Positions 1 through 9,885 of a DNA stretch of 33,618 bases are shown here, one piece after another (the stretch's first letter is position 1; the number at the start of each line of letters is the position of its first letter). This DNA is from Bacteroidota bacterium (GTDB lineage Bacteria; Bacteroidota; Bacteroidia; Chitinophagales; UBA10324), in the NCBI GenBank assembly GCA_014190535.1, contig BJGO01000004.1, forward strand, positions 1 through 33,618, in the 5' to 3' direction. The notes under the pieces are model-generated. The model worked only from the letters and a program-made list of their open reading frames with translations, was not told where the DNA came from and did not search any database. The translations under genes were made by a program, and so were the position numbers.

Positions 1-146
1 TCATTCTGAACGCAGCGCAGCGTAGTGAAGAATCTCCTAGACTCCTCCTACCTCGGAGTGACAAAAACGAGCCCCTGTCATTCTGAACGCAGCGCAGCGC
101 AGTGAAGAATCTCCTAGACTCCTCCTACCTCGGAGTGAAAAAACGA
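1..146. repeat. Tandem 77-bp REP/MITE-like palindromic repeat (about 2 copies, cut by the window edge)
   Basis: 1-60 equals 78-137 except one base (cgtagtg vs cgcagtg). The unit runs GTCATTCTGAACGCAGCGCAGCG..GAAGAATCTC..CGGAGTGAC, and its ends can pair with G-T wobbles, as in GTCATTC...GAATGAC-type intergenic repeats. Confidence 0.85.
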
Positions 147-183
147 CCAATTATCTATGAGTAACAAGGAATCTCAACAGCAA

Positions 184-3100
184 TTAATGCATAATAACAA
201 CCGGATAGTGGCCTATGCAATTTGATGCGCGGTATATGGTAAGGAGGTAGGTGCCGCCGGCAAGATCGCTCACCGAAATGGCGTGTGGTTTATGAGCGTT
301 ACACGTGCCTGATCTGATTACACGACCGGTGCAATCGGATAATTGATAGGTCAGCATGGCGGCATCGTCGAATTTCGCCAACAGGTACAGTTGCTGATTG
401 GCCGGCACAGGATACACCGATACCTTGCTATTTGCAAGTTGTGCCGCGCCGGTGGTGAGTGGTTTAAAGTGTGCGGTGAACGAGAGCGGCTCTGTTGTAT
501 TGAGGGTATCTAAAAAAGTGTCGGTAAGCGTATCGGCAAGCACGCTGTTGGGCTCCCAGTGCGAGAAGGTAAAGCCGCTTGCCGGAGTAGCCCTTATGCC
601 AATAGGTACGTTGTTGAAATAGGTGCCCGTCCAAGGAAATTGTTCGGGCGTGATGGTGCTGATGGAAATGGTGCCTCCCTGCGGTGGTACGGTATTTAGT
701 GTAACGGGCAGTTTATTGCCCAGTTGAAAGTTACCGACGAGATGGTCCTGTACAATTTCGGTGCGAAGCAATAACTGATCGCGGAACACCAGATGATTTT
801 GTATGAATCCGTTCATCTGATCGGTAACATTATTGGGGTCGCCCCAGCGGTAATACTGATTAGGCATTTCGGGCAATACCCAGTTGAAGATATTCGCTTC
901 GCGTTGAGCGAGCAGATCGTTGGTATAGTAAACATTCATCACATCGGCAAAGCGGTTGATGAAGTTATTGCGGAAGCGCTGGTTTTGTATGCTTTTTAGA
1001 AAAATGTTAATAAACGGATTATCGGGATTTTGACCGAGCACATACTGTACATTATCGGAGTAGCAATCGGTCCAGGAATTTGGTGCCATCGATAACTCCA
1101 GGTCGATGGTGGCAAAGCGCCAGCGATGGTTTGTTTTATCCGATTTATAGATTTTGATGTTGTTGCCCGGCCAGTCGACATTGCCCATCCATGTTTGGCC
1201 AATGATATAGTCGGTGTAATAGTGGAGATCGAAATACTGATTTGCAAGCGACGAGTACGCGGAATCGCTGATGCTGAGCTGCGCCCAATTGTTGTAATCG
1301 TTAAAGAACGTGTCGGTAGATCCGTTTTGTGCACGAAGCACACTGCCATAGTAGTAGCTCAGACCCAGGATATGGAGTTGATCGGGGTCGGCCTGTTCGC
1401 TCTGAATGAAAAATTCGTCGTCCAGCTTTTCGCGGAGTTCGTAGAGGCCAAAGTAGGCGCCGTTGATATAAACACTCACCGGCCGGTAAGCCGAGTAGTA
1501 GGCATTCAGATCTTTACACATGGCCTGCACCTGACAGGCATCTTTATAGGGCAGTACCTGAAACTGATTACTGCCGTTACGCAGGTAAATATTGCTGTAA
1601 ATGTTTCGCTGAGGGCGGTCGGGTATAAAGGGATAGTTGACAGGAGTATACCCCATTACGCCGTCGGCAAAGTTTAAGCGAAAAGAACGTTGCGGATGGG
1701 TGCGGCTTCCGCCGGCTCCGCCATCCATGCGCATGGCGGCAGGCGATGAAAAGATGAATTGTTTGGTGCTGTCGAAGTAGATGGCTTCGGCAGGTTTTTC
1801 CCAATCCTGAAATACGTTATCGAAAATGCCCTGAGGGCCATAGAGGTGGCTGTTGTCGGTTATTACGGAGAGTATTGGTGTGGTATGGTTTACATTAATG
1901 AGCACCGATGAGGAGCTGATGGTGCTCGGGAACTTGCCCGGTGCATAGGCTCTGGCACGCACGGCCGATGAGCTTACCACATAGATCGGTGAGCCGTTGT
2001 AGAGCTGGTCGCTTGTATCCGGTTCGTTACCATTTGTTGTGTAGTAAATGCTGGCTGTGGTATCGGCACAGGTCATCGACACAAGCTGTACCTGCGAATA
2101 AAAGCCTGAAGGGACAGAGAGCACAGGCGCCGGCGTGAAGGAGTTGTAGGTTTCGCTGTTGTTATTGGTTTGGCCGGGTGTAGGCTGTAGAAAGGTGCCG
2201 ACTATGGTACTGCCATCGGGTTGCAGGCCAATGCTGTAGTCGATGGCCGGTGCTTTTACCAGCAGTGCGCTAACGACCTGCGACGCATTATTATAGAGAT
2301 AGATGCGTTCGCCCTGTGCCGCTATTTTGAAGTTGGTATGCCACTCTTCATTGCCGGCAGAATTTTGAAACACATTACTTAATTCATTCATATATGTTGG
2401 CCCCACGCTCACATCGATATAATCATATAAGGCATTGTCGCTTGCCAGCACATTAAATGCCAGCGATGTAAGCGGTCCGGCGCTGAGGCCTGCGGCCTGC
2501 AACTCGGTTGCCGGTATGAGGAACTGATGCCGTGCACACCAGTACCAATTGCCATACGGAGCCGGATAATCGGTGGGCGAGTTCTCCGAATCTGCAGTAC
2601 CTATGATGATGCCGTTAAGCTTAAGCACGGGCCGGCGATAGAAGGCCGCGCCATTGTTGGCATTGCAGGAGGCGTCGTTGCCGTCGTTGACGCTTGCCAG
2701 CGATGAGGCATAGGTAGTATTGGTGAGCTGAACAACGGAGTTAGCCGTGTATCCGAGACTGCTGTATGAACATATATTAATAATAATGTTAGATACACCA
2801 TCCCACTCGTAGGGTGTCGTAAAGAGGTGTTCGTTCCAGCCGTTGCTTGGCGTGTAGGCGCCGGTATTCAGTGCCGGAGTAAATGGCGCAATAGGATATC
2901 GGTTTTTAGCGCTACAAAAAATAGTTGCATAACCGAATGCGGGTATGATTTGCTGAGGCAAGGGCCATTTAGTTGTATTGAGACTATCGTCGGTAAGGAA
3001 ATAGCTGCCGAGACTGATATCAGAAGCGCCGGCATTATATAATTCAATCCAGTCCGGGTTTTCGCTGTCGTTGTCGGTGAGGGTTTGCACATTTTTATTA

Positions 3101-3228
3101 GACCCTTCGTTGATGACAAGTTGAGCCGAAACACGTGTGGCTATGAGCATCAACATCAAACCACTTACCGTTAACCGATTCAGGAAACGGATCACTGGTC
3201 TGCTTCTTAACATTTGTTTTTTATTCAA
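184..3228 (-). CDS. Secreted CotH-kinase family protein with lamin-tail domain, chitobiase/Fn3-associated domain and T9SS type A C-terminal domain
   Basis: Signal peptide ending VSA-Q; LTD motifs LVINE, DWIELYN, HTNFKI; PSGFY..IYYTTNGNEP; CotH motifs YLRNGSN, VYINGAYFGLYELRE, NVDWPGNN, DLE; CTD VYPVPA..GTYLL. The start codon is uncertain (TTG 3228, ATG 3213 or later). Confidence 0.85.
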   Translation of the reverse strand: MNKKQMLRSRPVIRFLNRLTVSGLMLMLIATRVSAQLVINEGSNKNVQTLTDNDSENPDWIELYNAGASDISLGSYFLTDDSLNTTKWPLPQQIIPAFGYATIFCSAKNRYPIAPFTPALNTGAYTPSNGWNEHLFTTPYEWDGVSNIIINICSYSSLGYTANSVVQLTNTTYASSLASVNDGNDASCNANNGAAFYRRPVLKLNGIIIGTADSENSPTDYPAPYGNWYWCARHQFLIPATELQAAGLSAGPLTSLAFNVLASDNALYDYIDVSVGPTYMNELSNVFQNSAGNEEWHTNFKIAAQGERIYLYNNASQVVSALLVKAPAIDYSIGLQPDGSTIVGTFLQPTPGQTNNNSETYNSFTPAPVLSVPSGFYSQVQLVSMTCADTTASIYYTTNGNEPDTSDQLYNGSPIYVVSSSAVRARAYAPGKFPSTISSSSVLINVNHTTPILSVITDNSHLYGPQGIFDNVFQDWEKPAEAIYFDSTKQFIFSSPAAMRMDGGAGGSRTHPQRSFRLNFADGVMGYTPVNYPFIPDRPQRNIYSNIYLRNGSNQFQVLPYKDACQVQAMCKDLNAYYSAYRPVSVYINGAYFGLYELREKLDDEFFIQSEQADPDQLHILGLSYYYGSVLRAQNGSTDTFFNDYNNWAQLSISDSAYSSLANQYFDLHYYTDYIIGQTWMGNVDWPGNNIKIYKSDKTNHRWRFATIDLELSMAPNSWTDCYSDNVQYVLGQNPDNPFINIFLKSIQNQRFRNNFINRFADVMNVYYTNDLLAQREANIFNWVLPEMPNQYYRWGDPNNVTDQMNGFIQNHLVFRDQLLLRTEIVQDHLVGNFQLGNKLPVTLNTVPPQGGTISISTITPEQFPWTGTYFNNVPIGIRATPASGFTFSHWEPNSVLADTLTDTFLDTLNTTEPLSFTAHFKPLTTGAAQLANSKVSVYPVPANQQLYLLAKFDDAAMLTYQLSDCTGRVIRSGTCNAHKPHAISVSDLAGGTYLLTIYRASNCIGHYPVVIMH

Positions 3229-3372
3229 TGGTGATTGCCCTGCGCGATGCTAAAATAGGATAATAAGCGGTCGCAGGCAACAGCGATGGGGCGCATTATG
3301 CAATACCATGTGATAAATACTAACTCCCCGAGAGCATCAACTTTGTTTTATTTGCATAATACATACATTGCT

Positions 3373-5232
3373 ATGTCATCGAAAAAAATCTATCAGGAAC
3401 ATACCTACACACGCTGGCACGTGGTTGTGTTATTTCTTATCCCGCTGATTCTGTATGCACAGAGTTTCGGATTTAACTTCGTGTTTCACGACGACGACAG
3501 CATCATTTTACAAAATGCCGAAGTGTTGAAACAGTTCGACTGGCAAAAACTTCTGTTCACTGATGCGTGGATTTTAAAAAAGCAGATTGAGTTGTACCGC
3601 CCCCTGCAAAGCATCACCTTTGCCCTGGATTATCAGATCGGGCAAACCAATCCTGCAGTATATCACGTGCACAATATGCTTGCATTCGCGATGGGGATCG
3701 TGTTGCTCTATTTATTCTTTATTCAGCTGGGCATCACGGCGGCACACAGTTTTCTTCTAAGTGCCCTCTACGGAGTGCATTATCTCTTTGCCAATACGGT
3801 GTGCTGGATACCGGCCCGGGGCGATTTATATTTATTTCTCTTCAGTATGCTTACACTGTTGCTTTGGTTTAAGGTATTGCATTCGGGGCGCATGCTTTAT
3901 GTTCTGCTGGCGGCGCTTACTTATTTTTTAGCGCTAATGGCCAAGGAGAGCGCCATTGTGGTATTGCCCATTGTGGCATTGATTACCTATCAGCAGAAAA
4001 AGCTTCAGATCAAAAATACATGGCTCCTGATTTTTGGTGCGCTGAGTATCATGCTCAGCGGCATCTATTTTTATATGCGTTCGCTCTCTATCATTAACAC
4101 GCCCAATATCTTTACGCTTGAGGGCTTTCTTTATAACATCCGAATCATACCGGAGCAAACCGGCAAATTCTTTTTGCCGGCATTTTTTTCTGTGATGCCT
4201 GCATTTACTATGCTATTAACGCTACTGGGGTGCCTGGTACTTATGGTAATTGCATCGCTCCTATTTCTGTACCGCAAGCAACTACCCATGGGTATGATCG
4301 GGCTGGGCGCGACTTTATTTATACTCCCTACCCTGCCGGCCGTTGTTTACAAACCGCAGTTTACAGGATTTGCCTACGACTATCTGGATCACCGCTTATT
4401 TTTTCCGGCTACCGGCCTTTTGCTCATAGCATATCATCTGGTTCAATTACTGATCAGCAAGCGCATATCCACATCATACGTTTATATCCTGATGCTGGTC
4501 CTTGCCGGATACAGCTATGCTGTTTCGCGCAGTTATACCGATTATAAAACCTACTATACCAATGCTACTGAAACCAACCCGCGCAGTGGACTGGCATGGA
4601 TGAATTTTGGCACACTCAGCACCCGCGAGAATAATTATGATATGGCTTTCAAGTACTTCTATAAAGCCAAGGAAGTAGTACCGGACAATATCGAGTTACG
4701 TTTAAAAATTGCTGACTCGCATCTTACCCTGAAACAGTGGGATGCTATGAAGAGGGAATGTAAAGAGATTATTGCTAAGAGTCCAAAAACGCTCAAAGCC
4801 TATTACAATATTGCTGATTATTATGTGGAAATGAATCAAGCGGACAGTATGCGGAGCTGGATGCAACGGGCGTATCGTCAGGATAGCAGTTCGGCTGAAT
4901 ACTATTATTATTATGGCTTTCTTTATAAACATCTAAATATTCCGGACTCATCGATTCACTATTTTGGTGAAAGCATTAAACGCAATACCACGTATTCACT
5001 GGCTTATTTTAACCGGGGCATGCTCAACGGCAATAAAGGTGATTATCAAGCCGCATTAAAAGACTTTGAAGAATATATCACGAAAGCTCCCGGAGACCCT
5101 AACGCCTACTTCTATTACGGGCAAGCACTTTGCTTTACCGGTAATGCAGGCAAAGGATGTGAGTTTCTGAAAGAGGCAGACCGGCGCGGTGTAAAGGAAG
5201 CCCGGGCAAAAATTGATTATTACTGCAGGTAG
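3373..5232 (+). CDS. TMTC-like GT-C membrane glycosyltransferase with C-terminal TPR repeats
   Basis: FVFHDDD acidic motif after TM1, YRPL, WIPARGDL, AKES, DHRLFFP, many TM helices, then TPRs (AWMNFG, AYFNRG, AYFYYG). ATG 3373 is preferred over 3286. Confidence 0.75.
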   Translation: MSSKKIYQEHTYTRWHVVVLFLIPLILYAQSFGFNFVFHDDDSIILQNAEVLKQFDWQKLLFTDAWILKKQIELYRPLQSITFALDYQIGQTNPAVYHVHNMLAFAMGIVLLYLFFIQLGITAAHSFLLSALYGVHYLFANTVCWIPARGDLYLFLFSMLTLLLWFKVLHSGRMLYVLLAALTYFLALMAKESAIVVLPIVALITYQQKKLQIKNTWLLIFGALSIMLSGIYFYMRSLSIINTPNIFTLEGFLYNIRIIPEQTGKFFLPAFFSVMPAFTMLLTLLGCLVLMVIASLLFLYRKQLPMGMIGLGATLFILPTLPAVVYKPQFTGFAYDYLDHRLFFPATGLLLIAYHLVQLLISKRISTSYVYILMLVLAGYSYAVSRSYTDYKTYYTNATETNPRSGLAWMNFGTLSTRENNYDMAFKYFYKAKEVVPDNIELRLKIADSHLTLKQWDAMKRECKEIIAKSPKTLKAYYNIADYYVEMNQADSMRSWMQRAYRQDSSSAEYYYYYGFLYKHLNIPDSSIHYFGESIKRNTTYSLAYFNRGMLNGNKGDYQAALKDFEEYITKAPGDPNAYFYYGQALCFTGNAGKGCEFLKEADRRGVKEARAKIDYYCR

Positions 5233-5249
5233 GCCATTTGCTGTTAGGG

Positions 5250-6245
5250 TCAATTGGTTTGCAGTGCCTTATTCGCACTGCTATAGTAGTTGAGCCAGTG
5301 GCCGATCATCTCATCGAGCATGGTTTCGAAGGTATAGCGTGGTGTCCAACCCAGCTTGGTTCTCAGTTTTGATGAATCCCCTTTGAGGTGATGCAATTCT
5401 TCGGGCCTGAAAAATTTTTCATCAACAAGAACGTAGTCTTTATAGTTGAGATCGAGTTTACTGAACACGTACTGACACAAATCTTCCACAGACCGGGAGA
5501 TTCCGGTAGCACATACAAAGTCATCGGCCTCGTCGGCCTGTAACATCTTCCACATCACTTCCACGTAATCCTTGGCATGCCCCCAATAGCGTGTTGCTTT
5601 CAGGTTGCCCAGTTTGAGCACCGTGCTGTGCCCGAGTTTTATTTTAACTGCTTCTTTACACACTTTGTTGGTAACGAAATTTGTGCCGCGGCGTGGTGAT
5701 TCGTGATTGAATAAAATACCGTTGGCGATAAACATACCGTAAGAGTGACGATAATTTCTGCTGATGTTGTAGGCAAACACTTTAGCACAGCCATAGGGCG
5801 ATACGGGATTCATTGGCGTGGTTTCGCGCTGATAGCCGTCGGCATCGATCGAGTTGCCAAACATCTCGGAACTGCTGGCCTGGTAAACCCTGGTTTTGGG
5901 CGAAACCATTTTTACCGCTTCGAGCACATGGAGCGCACCCACTCCGGTTACGGCGGCGGTATAGAGGGGCTGGTCGAAACTGATGCGCACATGAGATTGT
6001 GCGGCCAGATTGTACAATTCATCGGGTTGTATTTTTTGTACCACTCGAATGAGCGATGCCAGGTCGGTGAGGTCGGCATATTCGAGTTTAACCTTGGTAT
6101 ATACATCGTTTAAGCGGGCCGTCTGATTCTCAGCAACCGAATTGCGCTTGAGAATACCCCAGACCTCGTACCCTTTGTCCAGCAAAAATTCAGCAAGGTA
6201 TGAGCCATCCTGACCATTAATACCGGTGATGAGTGCTTTTTTCAT
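5250..6245 (-). CDS. gmd: GDP-mannose 4,6-dehydratase
   Basis: ITGINGQDGSYLAEFLL, YNLAAQSHV, QASSSEMFG, SPYGCAK, GILFNHESPRRG. The start overlaps the upstream stop (ATGA 6242-6245). Confidence 0.95.
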   Translation of the reverse strand: MKKALITGINGQDGSYLAEFLLDKGYEVWGILKRNSVAENQTARLNDVYTKVKLEYADLTDLASLIRVVQKIQPDELYNLAAQSHVRISFDQPLYTAAVTGVGALHVLEAVKMVSPKTRVYQASSSEMFGNSIDADGYQRETTPMNPVSPYGCAKVFAYNISRNYRHSYGMFIANGILFNHESPRRGTNFVTNKVCKEAVKIKLGHSTVLKLGNLKATRYWGHAKDYVEVMWKMLQADEADDFVCATGISRSVEDLCQYVFSKLDLNYKDYVLVDEKFFRPEELHHLKGDSSKLRTKLGWTPRYTFETMLDEMIGHWLNYYSSANKALQTN

Positions 6246-7144
6246 TTTCGAATCGTATTATAATTTTTTTCAAAGTGTGTTATGGTTTCCTGCAGGCCGT
6301 CGCGGAGTGAGGTAAACTGAAAATCTCCGATAATCTGCTTGAGGTAGCTGTTATCTGAGGGTTTTCGGTATTGTCCGTCGGGCTTTGACGTATCAAAAAT
6401 AATCCTGTTTTTAAAGTTGAAGATATCGCAGATGGTTTCAACAATTTCTTTAATAGAAACTTCATACGAGGTGGAGATAATAACCGGTTTGGTATGCTCA
6501 TATTTTTCGAGCAGGAGTGAGGTGATCTGCGCCACATCGCGGCTGAAAATAAATTCGCGAAGTGGTTTACCCGAACCCCACACAACGAGGTCGGTATTGT
6601 TTTGTTTGGCCAGGTATACTTTATGTATCAGCGCCGGTATAACGTGGGCGTTCTCCAGGTGATAGTTGTCGTTTGGACCATATACATTCGTGGGGATCAC
6701 CGAAAAATAAGCCGTGTTGTATTGTTTATTATAAGCCTGTATCATCGTATCGGCCATACGCTTGGCATAGGCATAAGGTGCGTTGCTGAAGTGCGGAGGG
6801 CCGAGATGGATTTTATCCTCATTAAGCGGATAGATTACATCGTCGGGGAATACGCAGGTTGACAGGTAACAAATTAATTTCTTTACACCATACCGATAGG
6901 CTACATCGATGATGTTGGAATTCATAAATAGATTGTCGCGGCAGAAGTCGGCTGGATAATTCATGTTAGCCCCCACTCCACCTACACGGGCCGCAGTATG
7001 AATGATCGCTTCGGGCTTATAGTCGAGCATCATGCGGTATACATCAACGATGCTGGTGAGATCATAATCTTTGGACCGGGGTTTCAACCCGTATTTCATT
7101 TCTGAACCAATCAATCCCGAACCACCTGTTACAAGAACTCTCAT
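6242..7144 (-). CDS. fcl: GDP-L-fucose synthase (GDP-4-keto-6-deoxymannose epimerase/reductase)
   Basis: TGGSGLIG, AARVGG, LSTCVFP, YAYAK, PTNVYGPNDNY, HVIPALIHK, VWGSGKPLREF; coupled to gmd. Confidence 0.92.
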   Translation of the reverse strand: MRVLVTGGSGLIGSEMKYGLKPRSKDYDLTSIVDVYRMMLDYKPEAIIHTAARVGGVGANMNYPADFCRDNLFMNSNIIDVAYRYGVKKLICYLSTCVFPDDVIYPLNEDKIHLGPPHFSNAPYAYAKRMADTMIQAYNKQYNTAYFSVIPTNVYGPNDNYHLENAHVIPALIHKVYLAKQNNTDLVVWGSGKPLREFIFSRDVAQITSLLLEKYEHTKPVIISTSYEVSIKEIVETICDIFNFKNRIIFDTSKPDGQYRKPSDNSYLKQIIGDFQFTSLRDGLQETITHFEKNYNTIRK

Positions 7145-7214
7145 AGTATGCTGTATCGTTTGGTATTATGATTTTGAATGAGGCAAATGTGCGTGTAATC
7201 TTAACGTATTGGGG

Positions 7215-8360
7215 TTATACTGCGGAAACCGAAATTGCCGGCACCCAGGTTTTAAGTTTTTCAATCACGTAGTCCACTTCATCGCGGGTATTGTTATGGT
7301 CGAAACTAAAGCGCACCGCCACTTTATCGGCAGGAAGATGAATCGCTTCAAGTACATGAGATCCTTTACTGCTTCCGCTACTGCAAGCCGAACCGCTACT
7401 GGCGCAGATATTGTTCATGTCCAGGTTAAAAAGCAACATGGAGGTTTTATCATTTAAGGGAAATCCTACATTGAGCACGGTGTATAAACTTCGTGAAGGA
7501 TCGCCCTGGATACAAATACCTTCGAAGGTGTTCAGGAGTTTTTGCTCCATATAATTTTTGAGATCGTTGATGTAGATGGCTTCGCTGTCGAGATGTTTGT
7601 AGGCCCGTTCCATTGCGGCGGCAAGACCAACAACGCCATATAAATTTTCGGTTCCGGCACGCATGTTACGCTCCTGAGCACCGCCGTAGATGAGTGGTGG
7701 GATGGTGAGGCTGTGATGTATATATATGAAGCCAACCCCTTTAGGGCCATTGAATTTATGTGCGGCACCACTGATAAAATGCACCGGTGTTTTTTTAAGA
7801 TCGAAGCGATAGTGTGCCATCGTTTGAACGGTATCGCAGTGAAACAATGCACCAAATTCAGCGCATATCGCGGCTATTTCCCCGATGTCGATCATTGTTC
7901 CGATTTCGTTATTGGCGTGCATCAGCGAAACCAACGCAGGCTCAGCAAGAGTAGACAATAGCTGACGTAGTTGTGCCGTGTTGATACGTCCTTTTGTATC
8001 CACACCCAAAAGATGTACACGAACAGCGCCGCTTTTTTCGAGTTCCTCAGCGGTGTGTAATACGCAGTGATGTTCAATCGGTGACGTAATGATGTGTTTT
8101 ATCCCTGAAGCTTTTACCGCCGAACGAATTGCCGTATTGTTTGCTTCGGTGCCGCCGCTGGTAAAAAATATTTCACCCGGCGAAGCATTTAGCAGGGTAG
8201 CTATGGTTTTGCGTGCCTTTTCAATAGCGGCTCTGGTTTCGCGGCCTTTTGCATGAATAGCCGAGGGGTTTCCGAATTTTTCGGTTAGGTAGGGCATCAT
8301 CGCCAACAACACATCCTGATCGAGCGGGGTTGTTGCGGCATTGTCAAAGTAAACGTTCAT
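7215..8360 (-). CDS. iscS: Cysteine desulfurase (IscS/NifS group I)
   Basis: YFDNAATT, FTSGGTEANN, AHKFNGPKG (PLP lysine), SSGSACSS (catalytic Cys). The likely start is ATG 8360 (MNVYFD). Confidence 0.92.
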   Translation of the reverse strand: MNVYFDNAATTPLDQDVLLAMMPYLTEKFGNPSAIHAKGRETRAAIEKARKTIATLLNASPGEIFFTSGGTEANNTAIRSAVKASGIKHIITSPIEHHCVLHTAEELEKSGAVRVHLLGVDTKGRINTAQLRQLLSTLAEPALVSLMHANNEIGTMIDIGEIAAICAEFGALFHCDTVQTMAHYRFDLKKTPVHFISGAAHKFNGPKGVGFIYIHHSLTIPPLIYGGAQERNMRAGTENLYGVVGLAAAMERAYKHLDSEAIYINDLKNYMEQKLLNTFEGICIQGDPSRSLYTVLNVGFPLNDKTSMLLFNLDMNNICASSGSACSSGSSKGSHVLEAIHLPADKVAVRFSFDHNNTRDEVDYVIEKLKTWVPAISVSAV

Positions 8361-8394
8361 TCGTAAAGGTAATGGGATGTGAATGTAGTATGAA

Positions 8395-9786
8395 TCAGTG
8401 ATGATTTTTAAGGAGGTTACCGATTTCAGCAATCATATTCTTGGCCAGCTTTTCTGCGGTAGACTCGTGACCGCTTTCGGCATAGATGCGAATGATGGGC
8501 TCGGTATTGCTTCGGCGCAAATGAATCCAGTCTGTATCGAATTCGATTTTGAGGCCATCCTCCGTATTATGGGGTTGTTTTTTGTATTTATTTTTTATGC
8601 TTAGTAATAGCTCATCGATATTGATCTGCGGGGTGAGCTCAATTTTATTTTTGGAGATAAAATAATCCGGATAGGACGCACGCAAAACGGAACATTTCTT
8701 ATTGCTGTTTGCCAGATGCGTAAGAAAGAGTGCAATGCCAACAAGGGCATCGCGGCCATAGTGCAATTCGGGAAAAATAATCCCGCCATTGCCCTCACCA
8801 CCAATTACAGCATCCACCGCTTTCATTTTGGTGACTACGTTCACTTCACCAACTGCGGTGCCGTAATGTGTTCCGCCATGTTTTTCCGTAATATCCCGGA
8901 GTGCACGCGTAGAGGATAAATTGGAAACCGTGTTGCCCTTACGATGACTGAGCACATAATCGGCAACGGCCACCAGGGTGTACTCTTCGCCAAACATAGT
9001 TCCATCCTCACACACAAAGCAAAGACGATCTACATCCGGATCAACGACGATACCTAAATCGGCCTTGCGTATTTTAACTTCGTGGGCAATGGCTGAAAGA
9101 TTTTCGGGTAGCGGCTCCGGGTTATGGGGAAATTTGCCGTCGGGGGTGCAATAGAGTTCAATGACTTCTTCAACACCCAGCGCACGCAGTAAAGATGGCA
9201 CGGCAATGCCGCCACTCGAGTTCACGGCGTCAACAACAACTTTAAATTTCTTTTTCTGTATAGCCTGAACATCAACAAGCCCAAGTCCCAGTATGGATAA
9301 AATGTGTTTCTGTATGTAGGAGTCGTTTCTGCTATACTGACCTAAACGGTCAACCGGCACATACTCGAATCGATCCTGTTCGGCGAGTTGAAGTATGGCT
9401 TTGCCATCGGCATCGCTGATAAATTCGCCTTTGTGATTGAGCAGTTTCAGTGCATTCCATTGCCCGGGGTTGTGGCTTGCGGTGAGGATGATACCACCGG
9501 CCGCTTTTTCCCATACAACAGCCATCTCTACCGTGGGTGTTGTAGACAAATCCAAATCAATCACATCGAAACCGCAACCAATAAGTGTGCTGCTGACCAA
9601 ACCGGAGAGCATCGGGCCGGAGATTCGGGCATCGCGACCAATTACGATACGTCGGATGTCGGATTGGCCGGCAATGAATGCCGCATAGGCCGAGGTGAAC
9701 TTAACAATATCAAGTGGGGTGAGGGCTTCACCGGGATTACCCCCGATGGTGCCACGTATACCGGAAATTGATTTAATCAGTGTCAA
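8395..9786 (-). CDS. glmM: Phosphoglucosamine mutase / phosphohexomutase
   Basis: SISGIRG, TASHNP, DPDVDR, GGEGNGG, SNTEPIIRIY; TTG start. Confidence 0.88.
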   Translation of the reverse strand: MTLIKSISGIRGTIGGNPGEALTPLDIVKFTSAYAAFIAGQSDIRRIVIGRDARISGPMLSGLVSSTLIGCGFDVIDLDLSTTPTVEMAVVWEKAAGGIILTASHNPGQWNALKLLNHKGEFISDADGKAILQLAEQDRFEYVPVDRLGQYSRNDSYIQKHILSILGLGLVDVQAIQKKKFKVVVDAVNSSGGIAVPSLLRALGVEEVIELYCTPDGKFPHNPEPLPENLSAIAHEVKIRKADLGIVVDPDVDRLCFVCEDGTMFGEEYTLVAVADYVLSHRKGNTVSNLSSTRALRDITEKHGGTHYGTAVGEVNVVTKMKAVDAVIGGEGNGGIIFPELHYGRDALVGIALFLTHLANSNKKCSVLRASYPDYFISKNKIELTPQINIDELLLSIKNKYKKQPHNTEDGLKIEFDTDWIHLRRSNTEPIIRIYAESGHESTAEKLAKNMIAEIGNLLKNHH

Positions 9787-9885
9787 CGTGCAAATAAGAT
9801 TTAAGGTAACTCTTCAAAAAGACGATGCCGCTAAATTAGGAATTTACGTTCAGGCTTCAACGAAATCGCTCCAATATTATTTATA

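Noticed and set aside
1-146. CRISPR array
   Set aside because: The whole 77-bp unit repeats with no unique spacers, and there are no cas genes.
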